Shown: piece after piece, positions 30,322-43,384 of the stretch
Numbering within the stretch: the stretch's first letter is position 1
How the letters are laid out: each line of letters opens with the position of its first letter
Source of the DNA: Eledone cirrhosa
Lineage: Eukaryota
Direction: 5' to 3'
DNA: 64,000 nucleotides
Assembly: GCA_964016885.1 (NCBI GenBank)
Contig: OZ024742.1
Span: 76,570,001 to 76,634,000 of the forward strand
Translations under genes and position numbers: made by a program
The notes under the pieces: generated by a model
Told to the model about the DNA's origin: nothing
Database searches by the model: none
The model's input: the letters and a program-made list of their open reading frames with translations, nothing else

Positions 30322-30396
30322 TTACGGGGTCGATAAAATAAAGTACCAGTAATGCACTGGTTAATTGCTGGCCTTGTGCCTAAAGTAGAAACAATT
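30322..30396 (+). mobile_element. Nin-domain SINE, heavily 5'-truncated
   Basis: 3' 75 bp of the SINE, flanked by duplicated ATTATTTAATTACAAT. Confidence 0.85.
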
Positions 30397-31273
30397 ATTT
30401 AATTACAATCAATTTTATAACTATCAATACGATCTGAAGTTATTCATTCTGAGCAGGATAGTACGAAATAATTAGTAAAAGCCATGTTAACTATAAAAGG
30501 ATCTGGATTATTTCTGTGTTTTCTTTGTAATGTACCTGTTGAATTGACGTGTTCTTTCTTGCTAATGATAGTAACGCATCCAGCCTAATTAATGAAGATG
30601 GTTCTTTGTTTTAGTTGGCTAGCCAGACATTTATATGAAATATGGATTCTGGAATGACATCATTAAAATTTCAAATTTAATAATCAAAATTGATATACAT
30701 TCACTTATCTTTGTATGTCCAGGTTATACCACATATTACGTATGTTCAGCTTGTACATATCGTTGCGAATGTTTGATCTAGAGAGCCCAAATATCGAACG
30801 CATTTCAGTCAAGGCCATCCTGTCTTTTATTTAGACATGGTGTATCTAAATCCGCATTAACCAATATAGTCTCTGATATCAGTTTTTATTTTAGGATGAT
30901 AAATGATACACCTTTGTTGATTTTACATTGGAACAAGTGGTTATTTACATTCCGCTAAAAGAGAAAGAGAGAGATAGCGACGAGATAGGTATAATCAAAT
31001 GATTCCTCTATTAAGTGTACCAACTAATTTGTCTCTTAATATTTTTTCATATTTAATATAATCTATAATCATGTGCATCTAGCGATGAAGTGTAGGTTAA
31101 ATACTGGATACAAACAATTCATTTTGAAAACTTTCTAATTTCTTGGCCGCCAATAACCCGAATATATACATTATAGACAAGCATTTGGTTCACATAAACT
31201 TACGTCTTGGTAAATTCGAATATATCGATTTTAAATTAGTATACCTTGATTAGATTGTGTGTATTATTGTATG

Positions 31274-31451
31274 GGCAGTATCGGTAGAGGGTCGGACGCC
31301 ATGCTTTCCCAGCAAAGAGTTACGGCCCTTTATGGTCTGAGTTCAAATCCCGCCGAGGTTAACTTTGCCTTTCATCCTTACAGGGTCGATAAAATAAAGT
31401 ACCAGTAATACACTGGGAATTGCTGGCCTTGTGCCAAAAGTAGAAACAATT
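31274..31451 (+). mobile_element. Nin-domain tRNA-SINE
   Basis: GGCAGTATCGG A box, GAGTTCAAATCC B box, same core and tail. Confidence 0.9.
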
Positions 31452-31810
31452 ATTTTGTATATAGTACGTTGTTGCATTATTTTTAATTCTTCTATATTTT
31501 ACCACAAAATACTATGTAATCCTAAATGCTAAACTCGAAATGCTCCAGCACCTGATTTCATTCCCAAAATATGTACTATAAAAACATTTAGCCTGATTTC
31601 TGTTTTGTTTATAGCATTTGTCGAGCAATACTCATAAATACTACAGACGAGAACGGTTGATTAAATTATACATCAAATTTCTTATTCACATGGTACCTAT
31701 TATTAGAGGTTTTGTGTATGTTTTTAGCTATATATTTGGGATATTTTTCTATATTTATATTTGCTAAATTATCCTATTTTCTTTATAGACACATTATTAT
31801 ACGTTGCAAA

Positions 31811-31982
31811 TTGGCAGTATCGGTAGAGGGTCTGACGCCATGCTTTGAAGCATAGTGTTACCTCCCTTAATGATATGAGTTCAAATCCTGCCGAGGTTAA
31901 CTTTGCCTTCCATCCTACGGGGTCGATAAAATGAAGTACCAGTGGGATAATGGTTGGCCTTGTGCCAAAAGTAGAAACAATT
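31811..31982 (+). mobile_element. Nin-domain tRNA-SINE
   Basis: Same motifs; imperfect TSD ATTATTATA..TTGCAAAT. Confidence 0.9.
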
Positions 31983-33039
31983 ATTATATTTTGCAAATGA
32001 AAGTTAGTTTGCATGTCTGTTCGCGCTCCAAGGTTAGTCACTTACGTTATCCCTTTCAAGAGAAGAAGTACATATCACTGGATCTCAGAGGCCATGTCAC
32101 TTGCCTCCCTTGCCATTCTAGATCTCCTTAGGTCTTACCCCATTTCAAATTGTCATCTCGTAGTTTTATCACCATTATACATTAACTAAGATAATTAATG
32201 CAAACATTTATTTCAGCATGATATGTTTTGTGAACTCTTAATTTCTGCTTGATGTGTATATTAGTATATTTGATAAATATATTTTGAAATCCTTCCCTTT
32301 AAGTCTTCCCTTGTAATTTGAAATTCCCCTCACCTAGGAGCCTCGTGACTACCGTTTGAGAATCGTTTACACACAACATATGTACAAATATCAAAAGAAA
32401 TGTATACTTTCGAAATATTCTCATGAAAACGTCTGTTTAATAGACTTCCAATTTGTTTAATATATTGTAACACTTGATACATTATTTTACAAATTTGTAT
32501 TTATGAAGACTTAGGGAAACATTATTTCAGAACTTTCTTTATACGGTCATATAGTTCCTTCCCCGGGGTTTGACAGGTGTTAAAATTTCTTTTCAAATTA
32601 AATTTATATTACAGGAGAATAAGAGGCAGATAATTTGTTAAACATACAATTTTCGAACAATGAACCTTCTGTTTACAGATGTGTCATTGTAACTTATAGT
32701 TGGGTGGTTTCAAAATAGAAGTTAACTTGGTTTTAACAGTGTTTTAACAGCATAGCATAATAATAATCTATTATGCGAGAGACCAAGGCAAATCAATTGT
32801 TAATAGTGAGGTTATAAATGTCTGCATTAATCAATGCTGAAGCCCCAAACGTGCATACACGCGTTGAAAATATTATCAAAATGCACGTATGTATAGAATG
32901 AAGATAGACAGATACACCTTACTTTCACTCACACTGCCATTGCCTTTAATAATCCGAAAATGTTGACAGTTTTTGCATGCTAGTGTGTTTGTTTAATGGC
33001 GTTTTAGTTTGATTAAAATTTTCATTAGTATAACGAAAA

Positions 33040-33290
33040 TATTATGGATTCTTATATCTTTAAATGTTTATGGAGGGTCATTTTGTTATAGTATTGCCAG
33101 CAATATATAATAAAATACACTCACTGTTTGGTTTGGGTTCGTTTTCGCTTCAGTTTATTTTTTATGTTTATAATTAATTTAGCTGGCAACCAAAGTTTAT
33201 CATTGATTGACAAACAGTTAAAAAAATATATATAAATATTGTCTCGGAGTTCTTATGTTTCCTCCCGTTGTATTGTTTGCAAACAAATTA
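33040..33290 (-). mobile_element. Old remnant of family-B pLTR
   Basis: GGAGGGTCAT...ACACTCACTGTTTGGTT...TTTTCGCTTC matches 21700-21790; the hammerhead part is not recognisable. Confidence 0.6.
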
Positions 33291-33838
33291 TAAATTATAT
33301 GTACGCTTTTCATATCAGTTACATATGTTTTACTATTCTTTTCCTACGTATGTAATGTAGGATGGTTTACAAGTTTTTATCTCTTTAGATGATAAATATT
33401 GAAAATAATGTGTCAATTTGAATATATCACATGTTTATTCAACATCATTTTACTACATATACGAAGACTAAAACGAATATGTTTTATAGCCCATAGCAGA
33501 TTTGTATTTGATTTTACAACTCTCATATTCAGCAAGACTATATGAGATTATCAAGACTGAGTGATTATACTTTCCTCGTGTCTTACAAAATTTTGTATAC
33601 TAGTAAGAACTCAAGATTATAAATTATGCGTATGGTTGACTTTGGTGAAATGATTTAAATGCGTTATATCCAGTTGGTCGTTTCTTTGAGTTGCTGTTGT
33701 AATACTTAATTTATTTTAGTATTAAAATATTTTCGTCACATGAGAGCAGATAGTAATGGACATGAAAGGTAGTGGAACATATCAAATTGTGTGGCATATT
33801 TTCGTGTCGACTCTCATTAAACTCTTCATATATGTATA

Positions 33839-33906
<68 letters not shown>

Positions 33907-33910
<4 letters not shown>

Positions 33911-34098
33911 AACCAGTAGGACCCCGACAGCTGAGCTCAAGCCGTTTCGACGGCTAATTCTAGTCCAGAATTAGCCGTCGAGACGGCTTGAGCTCAGCTG
34001 TCGGGGTCTTACTGGTTCCTATTACCCACTCTACTACCTCAAGTATTGAGTACTTTGGTGCGTTATGGTCCACCTGGTTCCTTACCACATTTCCTTCG

Positions 34099-34100
<2 letters not shown>
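33907..34100. mobile_element. Short asymmetric fold-back element (family D), copy 2, opposite orientation
   Basis: Inverted arms 33906-33961 and 33967-34022, plus an extension to 34100; flanked by (TA)n on both sides. Confidence 0.85.
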
Positions 34101-34166
<66 letters not shown>

Positions 34167-34247
34167 GGTAAACAGAAATAACAACACAATCAGTACAGGA
34201 TATGGAAGGTATATATTAGGTTGACGCTTGATATAACAGGAAGAGGG

Positions 34248-34283
34248 TCTTAACGTTTCGGACGCTAGTCATTCATCAGAAGA
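34248..34283 (-). ncRNA. Minimal hammerhead ribozyme motif (family E)
   Basis: Minus strand TCTT-CTGATGA-a-tGAC-tagc-GTCc-GAAA-C-GTT-AAGA; palindromic AACGTT stem III. Confidence 0.7.
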
Positions 34284-34466
34284 AAGAATGAGAAATAAAA
34301 TAGATTAAGGGGACGGGTAGGATGGAATTGGAAAAATGTCTTTAGATAAAAATAATAGGTCCATTTATGTTGACATCTCTTGAAGCAAAGAGTTATTTAA
34401 TTTGTTGGTTATTCAACAAATTTATTTATAACAGATTCGAACCACTCTACAAGATTCTTCTGGATC

Positions 34467-34725
34467 AATAATATTAATAAATGGAAACTATCTTTATAAA
34501 ACCATATTTATTTTATTATATATATTTCAAGGGTACCAACACTTTTTGGACTATTCAAACAGAACTTACAACGATAATTTCTCGTTTTTGAATATGTGAC
34601 TATCTATAAAACAACTTTTGTATTTTATATGATGAGGGCGTACCAAAAATTGTTGTTAATCTTGAAATATATATAATAAAATAAATAAGGTTTTATAAAG
34701 ATAATTTTCATTTATTAATATTATT

Positions 34726-34726
<1 letters not shown>
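34467..34726. repeat. AT-rich inverted repeat, arms about 65 bp
   Basis: 34467-34531 versus 34661-34726; the right arm abuts (TA)n. Confidence 0.75.
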
Positions 34727-34762
<36 letters not shown>

Positions 34763-34789
34763 AGAGAGAGATAGAGAGAGAGAGAGAGT

Positions 34790-34865
<76 letters not shown>

Positions 34866-35748
34866 TGAAATCGCAATCCGCAGTTCTGATTTTCAAAAGT
34901 AGAATTGAGATGGAGGGTTTGTGGTTTTTCTCACATCTGGTTGGTCTTTGAAAGTTACTTCTGTTTTATATGGAAAAAAGTGGCTCGAAATGCTAGGTTT
35001 TTAGAGAGTTAAATTGGTTGGTTAGTGAATAAGTATAATAAATTTCGCGCGAAATTTATTATACTTATTCCGCTGTGGCCCGTCTGTTTCTTTCTTACAG
35101 CTTCCCTTTTCTCTGTATCTCTCACTTCCTTTTACCCCCCTCTGCCAGTCACTCTCTCTGTCAGCCTCTTCCTCACACTTTCACTCACTCTCTGCTACTC
35201 CCTCACCTAATTCCTCTCGTTTGACCTGTGCGAAATCCTTTCCTCACTCACATTTCGACAAGGTCGGATGGTCTTTATTCTCTCTCGTCTACGATATCAC
35301 AGAACTTATGTTCATCGATTTCAGGGACTTGACTCCTTCTTCCTCACTTTTCGTTGCATTACCATCTTTGTTTGTTTACTGTCTCGCTCGTTCCCCCTAT
35401 TTACGTGTCCCAACGGCTTTCTTTAGCCGTTGCTCGCACCAACCAGAGGTATATGGTCTTTAAAGCGATGAAATACCAATGAAGGCTGGAAGATCACTGA
35501 TGAAGGACTAAATTTATATATATATATATATATATATTTCGTTTCTGAATTTGTTTAGCAAGATTCTTTATCTGAAATCGTGTGTTGAAACCGATATTGT
35601 TATACTTTGGGAGGGTCATGTTGCCAATAAGAAACATAGGCACCAGTTGATTTCACTTCAATTTATTATAATAAATTTATAAATTTAGGAATTTATAAAT
35701 TTCTGGTTGGTTGGTTGGTTCCACAACCAGATAGTTGTTTATATATAT

Positions 35749-35793
35749 TGTCAAAGTTCTTTCGTCATACATTATGTGACCTCTTCAGTGACT
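35749..35793 (-). ncRNA. Minimal hammerhead ribozyme motif (family A)
   Basis: Minus strand GTCA-CTGAAGA-G-GTCACA-taatg-TATGAC-GAAA-gaa-CTT-TGAC. Confidence 0.7.
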
Positions 35794-35939
35794 GGGGATT
35801 CTTTTCTTTGTTTTTGTGCTTCTGCTTTGTTCTGTCCTACGCAATCTTGTTGTTGTGTGTGCTGTGTGCTTAGTTTGCGCATGTGTTACATCCAGGTGTA
35901 TGTGTGTGTTTTTATTTGTTTATTTATTATTGTATCCCC

Positions 35940-35984
35940 AGTCACTGAAGAGGTCACAGAATGTGTGACGAAAGAACTTTGACA
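35940..35984 (+). ncRNA. Minimal hammerhead ribozyme motif (family A)
   Basis: GTCA-CTGAAGA-G-GTCACA-gaatg-TGTGAC-GAAA-gaa-CTT-TGAC. Confidence 0.75.
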
Positions 35985-36131
35985 ATATATATAAACAACT
36001 ATCTGGTTGTGGAACCAACCAATCAACCAGAAATTTATAAATTCCTAAATTTATAAATTTATTATAATAAATTGAAGTGAAAGCAATTGGTGCGTGTGTT
36101 TCTTATTGGCAACATGACCCTCCCAAAGTAT

Positions 36132-36169
<38 letters not shown>

Positions 36170-36379
36170 TACACCGTATTCTCCTTTCTCACCTAAACCT
36201 GTCTCTAATGTGTATATCAACATCACTGGCAAGAAACTGGTGAAGCCCCTTGTGAGCTCTGGTGGCGTGGGCCACCGAACGACACCAGATCTAGTTCAAT
36301 CGACCTATTTATCATTATTAGTCGCAAACTCTTATGCAACGTTTTCAGTTGGACGTCAGAACCAGGCGTGTCAACAAAG

Positions 36380-37545
36380 CTTATAGTTATGATATATTAG
36401 ATACGTTTGTAAGATACTTTTCCGCCTAACATCATTAAATCTGTTTGCGATAGGAAATGTATAGCTTTGTGTATATATGGTTAGCGGGGAATTGTTTCTC
36501 TATTACAGCTAGGAATGTCTGAAAACTTTGGTGTTGATATTCAGTGAGACGTGTGGTGGGAACCAGAAAGTATTTTGTTTTCTATATATCTTTACTTTAT
36601 TTGATCTAATGCTGTAACAAATTTTCGACTTTAAATCTCTCTTTAGAACACCTGTGTAGAGGGCGGATGCTTTGTTAAACATAACTCTCCTAGGTGAGAG
36701 GATGAACATTTTCCTACATTGGATTCTGAGTAGGTTTTGTAACATTATTCTGTGTGGCAGAACTCAACATTTATGTAACGTTTGTGATCCTTATTATTTG
36801 GGACTAGTATTGCATATAAAAAAATTAAAATGGCCAGGCGAGCTTCCAATGTGATTGTTAAGCCGAAGGATCTAGATTTGTGTATACTATCTTTATTAGT
36901 ATGTACTGTGTATATCGTCCCGTATCCCTGCATAGATCAAAACGTACGGATGCGTTGACGTCACCTAGGTTATTCACAATACATACGCCAACCATATATC
37001 CATGAGATTATACCAACGTGTGAGGCTCCTCTTGTGATGTTGCCTTTTACCAATTATGTGCCGAGGCGAAAGGGAAGCCTTTCCGTCACACGTATTATAA
37101 TTTCACGTTCCTCACTGTCTATGGTATAGATTCTATTGGTGATATCTAGTGCTCTAACTAAACAGTTTCTTGAGATCGAAATGTAAAAGTTTACAATAAC
37201 CCATTTGATATACCTGGCGCCCTTTAATTGCAGGCTTTACTAAACCATATCCTTACTCTCCCATTGTTTTCCACACCCCTAACCTGGGTGTCTTCTTTAA
37301 TATTGATATTAATGTTCCTTTAAGTGCTTTTGGTAGCTATACCTTATTTGAATGAGAATAGTATTCTACATTGTTATAGTCCTTAATTGTGATAAAAGCA
37401 TTTCTCTTATGCATCGTCTCTATTCTAAATTTTAACCTTAGCTTCGTTTGTATTTGCTTCGATTCTCTTTTGATATTATCATAGGTGTTTTGTTTAAATC
37501 TCATGTAGTTGCGAGTGATGTTATGTTTTAGTAATTGTATGTCAT
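36380..37545 (-). pseudogene. Highly degenerate RT fragment of a different PLE lineage
   Basis: Minus-strand translations LLKHNITRNY...RIETMHKRNAFITIKD, FGLTITLE, PNNKDHKRYINV and FWFPPHVSLNINTK resemble PLE RT and thumb motifs (AFITLKDHK, WFNPP). Confidence 0.7.
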
Positions 37546-40052
37546 TTGCTTTGAAGAGAACAGGGTTGGGAGGATGCAGAAAAAAGCAGACCCTATCTCA
37601 ACTAAAGCGGCCATAATATTACAGAGAGGTACCTAATATTGAATCACCCATTAGATACTGGTATCCACTAAACAGTTAGGAAAATAGACTGAATATGAAG
37701 AGAAATTTCTCCTGGTCAGACAAAAAGCAAATATATTCGAGAAAAAAATCCTAGAGATGCCCCTCCTAGAAGAAATAGTTGTTTTCCAAAAGTTGTTTTT
37801 CAATATAATTCAGGATCGGAAGTAACAGGGGCCGCATCAGCTTATACATTTTCCTATAGGGTTGAGATTTATGGTGCACGAGTGATTAATCTACCACGAT
37901 TAATCACTGATAATTCGGTTATCGAAAATACGTATGATTAGTTGACAGATTTAAGAGAGTCGTTAGAGCGTTACATTTCATTATTTCCAGTTATCGCATA
38001 TTTCATAATAGGGAAGTTTGACCGTGGTAATGTATGTGTCTCTTCGCCTTTACTTGGCCATCTTAAACTGTTAGCAAAAGCATGGTACATTCAACCAAGA
38101 TATATTTCATTGTTTGTGACGGCTGTAGTAGTCTATATATAAATATGTAAATTAGGAAATTTGGAAATTAATCTCCCTGTTTATTTCTACTGAGAAAGTA
38201 ACTAATTCAACCCAATGTTAGAATCAATGTTCTTCTTTCGTCAAGTCTATCCAATTATGTGTCGCTTACATGCATAGACTTACAGATAGATTTTCTCTAT
38301 TATAATTTCTAATATTTCATACACGTTCGATTCATTTGTGTTCTCCAATATTCTGTTTAATGTTTACCGCTGCAAAGTGTGTGATTTAAAAATATATTTC
38401 ATTAATTTCTAAGGAAGAGTTTATGTATACTATTTCTGTTTCTAGTTGGACCTATGTGTTGTCACCTACTGTTGTCCATTTTAACTATTTTCTCTTTAAA
38501 TGCCATAGTCTATATCTTGTAACTCTCATCGTCTTCATTTTACTTTAGTTTTCTATCAGTTATCATTTTATGTTTCTACTCAATATTCATAGATCTACAT
38601 ATCCATATATTATTCCCATATCCGTATCACCAGTATGTTATATATTACAGGAAGTCTAGCCATATATTGTAAAAAAATTATTTTGCAGTAGCAACATTAG
38701 AAATAAAATAAAATATGTCTATGATATTGTTAAGATCATAAGCTGCGTAAAATGATATTCAAATAAATCAACTTATCAGCTGCTTCAAATAAAAAGAACC
38801 AAATGCCTCTAACATTGCGACGTCCATATGAAAATGTAACAATAAAATGGATAATGTATTCCTAGATTCACTATAACAGAATACATGATGAGACAGACAT
38901 GTCTGGAACATTACAGATCATAGCTATACTCAGTTGGGCTGAATTACTGCTAAATTATATCAACAACACTCATATTTAAAACCACATTACACTAAGTATG
39001 CTAGGTGCATAATTCTTTTTTGCACATAACACAATATAGGATGTAACAGGCATTTGCATATCTTGTATAATGTTTGGGTTTTGTACGATTATTTGCACGA
39101 ATTAAGCTGTCTGTTAGGAAAATGGAAGCCTACGACATCATCCAAATAAAAACCAAAGAGAGAGTCTCAACAAGATCGATAGTACTAATAAAAACTGAAG
39201 CAAAATATATAGTCTCACCTGTAACTTCTTAAACAATATGAGATTTATTCATGCAATTTCATTAATTCATTCCAAGCAAATGCGGGGGGATTTTCATATA
39301 AACTTGTATATAAGCAGAGAAAACTGATATGAAATTCAAACATTATTCATATATGTGTTGAATATATAAATGTTCGAGTAACTGGGTATTCGATAAAGTT
39401 CAACAACTTATAAAATCATTCGTATATAAGTTTTGATGCTACTGTAACATTAGATATACTAGATTCTGAATAAGTCCCAATCTCAGTCAAGACGCCAAAG
39501 AATTCCTTGCTTGTGTTAAAAGACTAATATAGGTGTAATTAAAATGTTTTTTTTTAATATATTTGTGTGGTGCGACTAGCGTTTGAAATATTTTGTCACA
39601 TGTCACCTCTTGGGTGGAAATTCTAATTCGATGCGAATTATAAATTATCGTCGAAGGGTTGGAATCATATAAATCCAGTAAAATTGCGAGTAATTTTAGT
39701 GCCGCCTGTTTGCTCATAACAAAATATTAATACTAACTAGAGGTGATTAAAGAAAAGCAAACATATCAATGTGTTAGAAAAAAGTGATACAATATGGTTC
39801 AATTATTACCAGCAGATTTGTATTTGGACGCAGGGTTTACAAACTCCACAAAATGAAAGTGAGATAAATAAAACAGGAATAAAATAAAACAGAACGTAAT
39901 CAAAATTAGTACAGTAAGTAAATTCAAATATTTTTTTTAATCGACTGGATTCACTAAATTTCTTTCTAACCTGTTGAAAGTTGATTTAAAGATTCTCGAA
40001 ATGCTGTTTAACAATTCAACCTATTTGACTCTGCTAATATTTCCTTTTACAG

Positions 40053-40142
40053 ATAAAAGTAAAAACTAAAGGGTGTTTATGCAAATGTACAAAAGAACTC
40101 AGGAAACAGCTCTCAAACTCCGGCACGAGCAATGCCCTAAAG
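40053..40142 (+). CDS. Candidate 90-nt internal exon
   Basis: Branch-like CTAAT plus TTTCCTTTTACAG acceptor and AAG|GTAATA donor; open phase-0 frame IKVKTKGCLCKCTKELRKQLSNSGTSNALK. Confidence 0.25.
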
Positions 40143-40483
40143 GTAATAGTACATTCTCCGCAGAGGTGTTTTCCAGCTGGATATGTTCGAAGAAGTACAG
40201 AAGTGTACTCCCTGCAGTTTAAATGCAACACGCCTGTATATTCGTCACGCCAAAAATAAGTTATAATAATGGTATTTGGAGTTGCGAAGACACCGTTAAT
40301 GTTCTACAGCTATCGAAACTACAAGCTTATTTTTATATATCTGTAAACAAAACTCATTGCTGTTGGAATTTGAAATAGATTAAACAGCTTCATCAGAGGG
40401 CACTCATAAATATTGACGGATGCTGCCTGCCTCTTAAGGGCCAACATCTTGCATGAGAGCAGGTTCATCTCTGAAGACATTCT

Positions 40484-40484
<1 letters not shown>

Positions 40485-40568
<84 letters not shown>

Positions 40569-40581
40569 CTCTCTCTCTCTC
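40485..40581. repeat. (CT)n microsatellite
   Basis: Direct reading. Confidence 0.95.
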
Positions 40582-40689
40582 ATTCCCTCTCTCGACCTCT
40601 CAAATGTTGCCCTGTTGAAATTTGAATACACACAGCTTGATCGTAACAAAATACATATTTTTCTTCTTCGTTTTCGCCCACTTATTCCT

Positions 40690-41640
40690 AAGAGGGACGT
40701 CGGATTAGAGTCCCCAAAACACACATTTAAGGAGATCCTGTCAAAAACAACCGGCTCCAAAACATCCGGTTGGATACCCAAGCAATATCAGCCAAGCAGA
40801 TCATGTTCTGTTGAGTTATGTAACACCATGTCGTCTGCAAATTACACTCGCCAGTCATGATATCACTTCTAACCCGGATGCACATGCCAATCCTCTTCAT
40901 GCATATAATGAATGGAGAGGTGACAGTACGCATCCTTGATGGAGTCTTGAATGGTTTCGATTTAGCAACATTTATCCGAACACAAATACTCTGGCAAATG
41001 CTAGTAACAGCAGAGCAGCAAGAAGCTGACCACCGATTCCATACTCCTGCACAACCTTCCATACGCGATCATATGTCTATTCAAGGTTGACAAAACAAGG
41101 ATATACCTGTTGGCAATGCTCCCACTATTTCTCGAAGACCTGCCACAATATGAATATTTGGTCGGCTGTGCTACGCCCGGGTGGAAACCGCACTGTTCAT
41201 CAGCTATCTTGGACTCGACAATCTCCCAACATCTCTTTGCTGGACATTCGGCATAGACTTTATATGAGAGGCTAAAAAAGAACACCCTCTGTAATTGGAA
41301 CAAACTCCCTTGTCCCTCTTTTTGAAAATTGGGATTATCACTCCTGTTTGTCATTGCTTACGTGCCTTTCCAAATTTCCAGGCCACACGACAATAACTTT
41401 TCAGCATTAGAATACCTTCTCTATTTAAGGTATTTAACATCTCGGACCGGAATTCATCTTCCCAAACGGCCTTGTCACCTTTGAACTCTTTAACTGTCTC
41501 GTGACCTCAACCTCTGAGGGATTAGTCACAGCTCCCAGATGCTCCTCGTGTACATCAGAAAATACTGTTGTCGTCGGGTTTAGGAGATCAGTAAAGTATT
41601 CTCTGCCCCTAGTGAAGATCCAACTTTCTTAAGAAAGGAT
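40690..41640 (-). mobile_element. RTE-clade LINE RT fragment
   Basis: Translations LSYKVYA...IVESKIADEQCGFHPG and VRINVAKSKPF; homologous to 17600-17975. Confidence 0.85.
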
Positions 41641-42642
41641 AACCCCAGATGCGTTCTTGATAATATTCTTACATGGTCATGTTTGATAATGAAAAAGGAT
41701 GGTAATATAAGGAAAACGATATCCTTGATGTTCAGATTAGTTTTATTTAATTCTATTTTACGCCCTGTACTTCACAAGGATAAAACGGTCATTGCTGAAT
41801 AACTATCATTTTTTCTTTCGAGAAATACTCGATATATAACAAGTTGCAACTCTATCCCTTCGTTAGGACTTATATGATACGAAAAGGATTTATTGATATT
41901 TCTTAATCTACTCTCATTCTAATCCATAATTAATGGAAATAAAGCCCTCTGTGTTAAAACCATTGGAATTAGCCACGTCTCATTTTTTCATAAATTCTAT
42001 TAAGTTTATACTATATTGTATGATGCTAATATTATTTGAAAAATGAACTATAATATCTTCGAGAACCTATAAAATAGTTAAAGCATTGCTGCAAATGAGT
42101 ATTAAATCTTTATGAGTCATTGTCATGAAACCACTCATTGAAGATTTATGACGCTATAGTCATAATTGCGCTATGAAAATTGGTTTATACGTACAAGTTA
42201 GCCTGAAATATTATTCTGGTAGTGAACGTTCAAACATGTCTTTGAAATAACTTTAAATTATTCTTACGCATCGTTTGCCTGTATTCGTATTTGCCTATTT
42301 GTTTTCCATGTGTTCTAAAAGTCATTTATGTATCTCATTGCATTTACATCTCAACTAATCAAATTATAGAAAATTATACGAGTTTATCCATGAATTATAT
42401 ATATATATATATTTCGTTTCTCAATTTGTTTAGCAAGATTCTTTATCTGAAATCGTGTGTTGAAACCGATATTGTTATACTTTGGGAGGGTCATGTTGCC
42501 AATAAGAAACACACGCACCAGTTGCTTTCACTTCAATTTATTATATATTTATAAATTTATAAATTTACAAATCTACAAACTTATAAATTATAAATTTCTG
42601 GTTGGTTGGTTGGTTCCACAACCAGATAGTTGTTAATATATA

Positions 42643-42689
42643 TAGTCATAGTCCTTTCGTCACACACTATGTGACCTCTTCAGTGACTA
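42643..42689 (-). ncRNA. Minimal hammerhead ribozyme motif (family A, inverted arm)
   Basis: Reverse complement of 47067-47113. Confidence 0.8.
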
Positions 42690-43384
42690 GGGATTCCTTT
42701 CTTCGTTTCTGTGCCTTTTTTTTCTTCTATCCTACGCCATTTTGTTTCTGTGTGTGTGTTGTGTGCTCAGTTTGCGCATGTGCCACATCCGGGTGTCTGT
42801 GTGTGTTTGTGTTCATTTTTCTATTTGTTTATTTATTTATTGTTGGTTGGTTGTTTGTTCTATGTGTGTGTGTGTTTTCATTTTTTCCTGTGTGTGTTTT
42901 CATTTTGTGTGTGTTTTCAATTGTAAGTTGTTTGTTCTATGTGTGTGTGTGTTTTCATTTTGTCCGTAATTGTAAGTTGTGATGTTGCTGTTCCACTCAT
43001 ATTTTCTATTTAATTTTGGTTTTAATTCTTTTATGCTTACTGCCTCTGTAATTTGCCTAAACATTGCGTCTTTTCTGTGCGTGGATTCTATTTTTATTTC
43101 TATGCTCTCTAATCTACCCCTGTGTTCTATCTTAGCATGTTGGTAGAGCACAGATGATTCTTTATTATCTTGGAGGTCTCGCCAGTGTTCATTTATTCGT
43201 TCCCCTATACTACGAGCTGTCTCACCTATGTACACTATATTTTTGTTTCTACATTGTCCTTCAGTACATCTTATGCTATACACTACATTTCTAGTTTTAC
43301 AGTTAATATGGGGGCTTATTTTACAGGTTATACATTTCTTATCTATACATGAGGGTCTTTGGAACGGGTATGTCTTGCTAATGT

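Larger units (their letters stand above)
35537..36139. mobile_element. Non-autonomous PLE family A fold-back (two inverted pLTR pieces)
   Basis: 206-bp arms 35594-35799 and 35934-36139, with a 57-bp extension at 35537-35593. 35824-35930 matches window positions 1-100. Sits in (TA)n. Confidence 0.93.

Noticed and set aside
31274-31350. tRNA gene
   Set aside because: The A and B boxes belong to a SINE head; there is no cloverleaf and it continues into the SINE core.
34625-34660. ATGATGAGGGCGTACCAAAA in the spacer of the 65-bp inverted repeat as a decayed hammerhead
   Set aside because: Both core boxes would need mutations and no stem I is evident.
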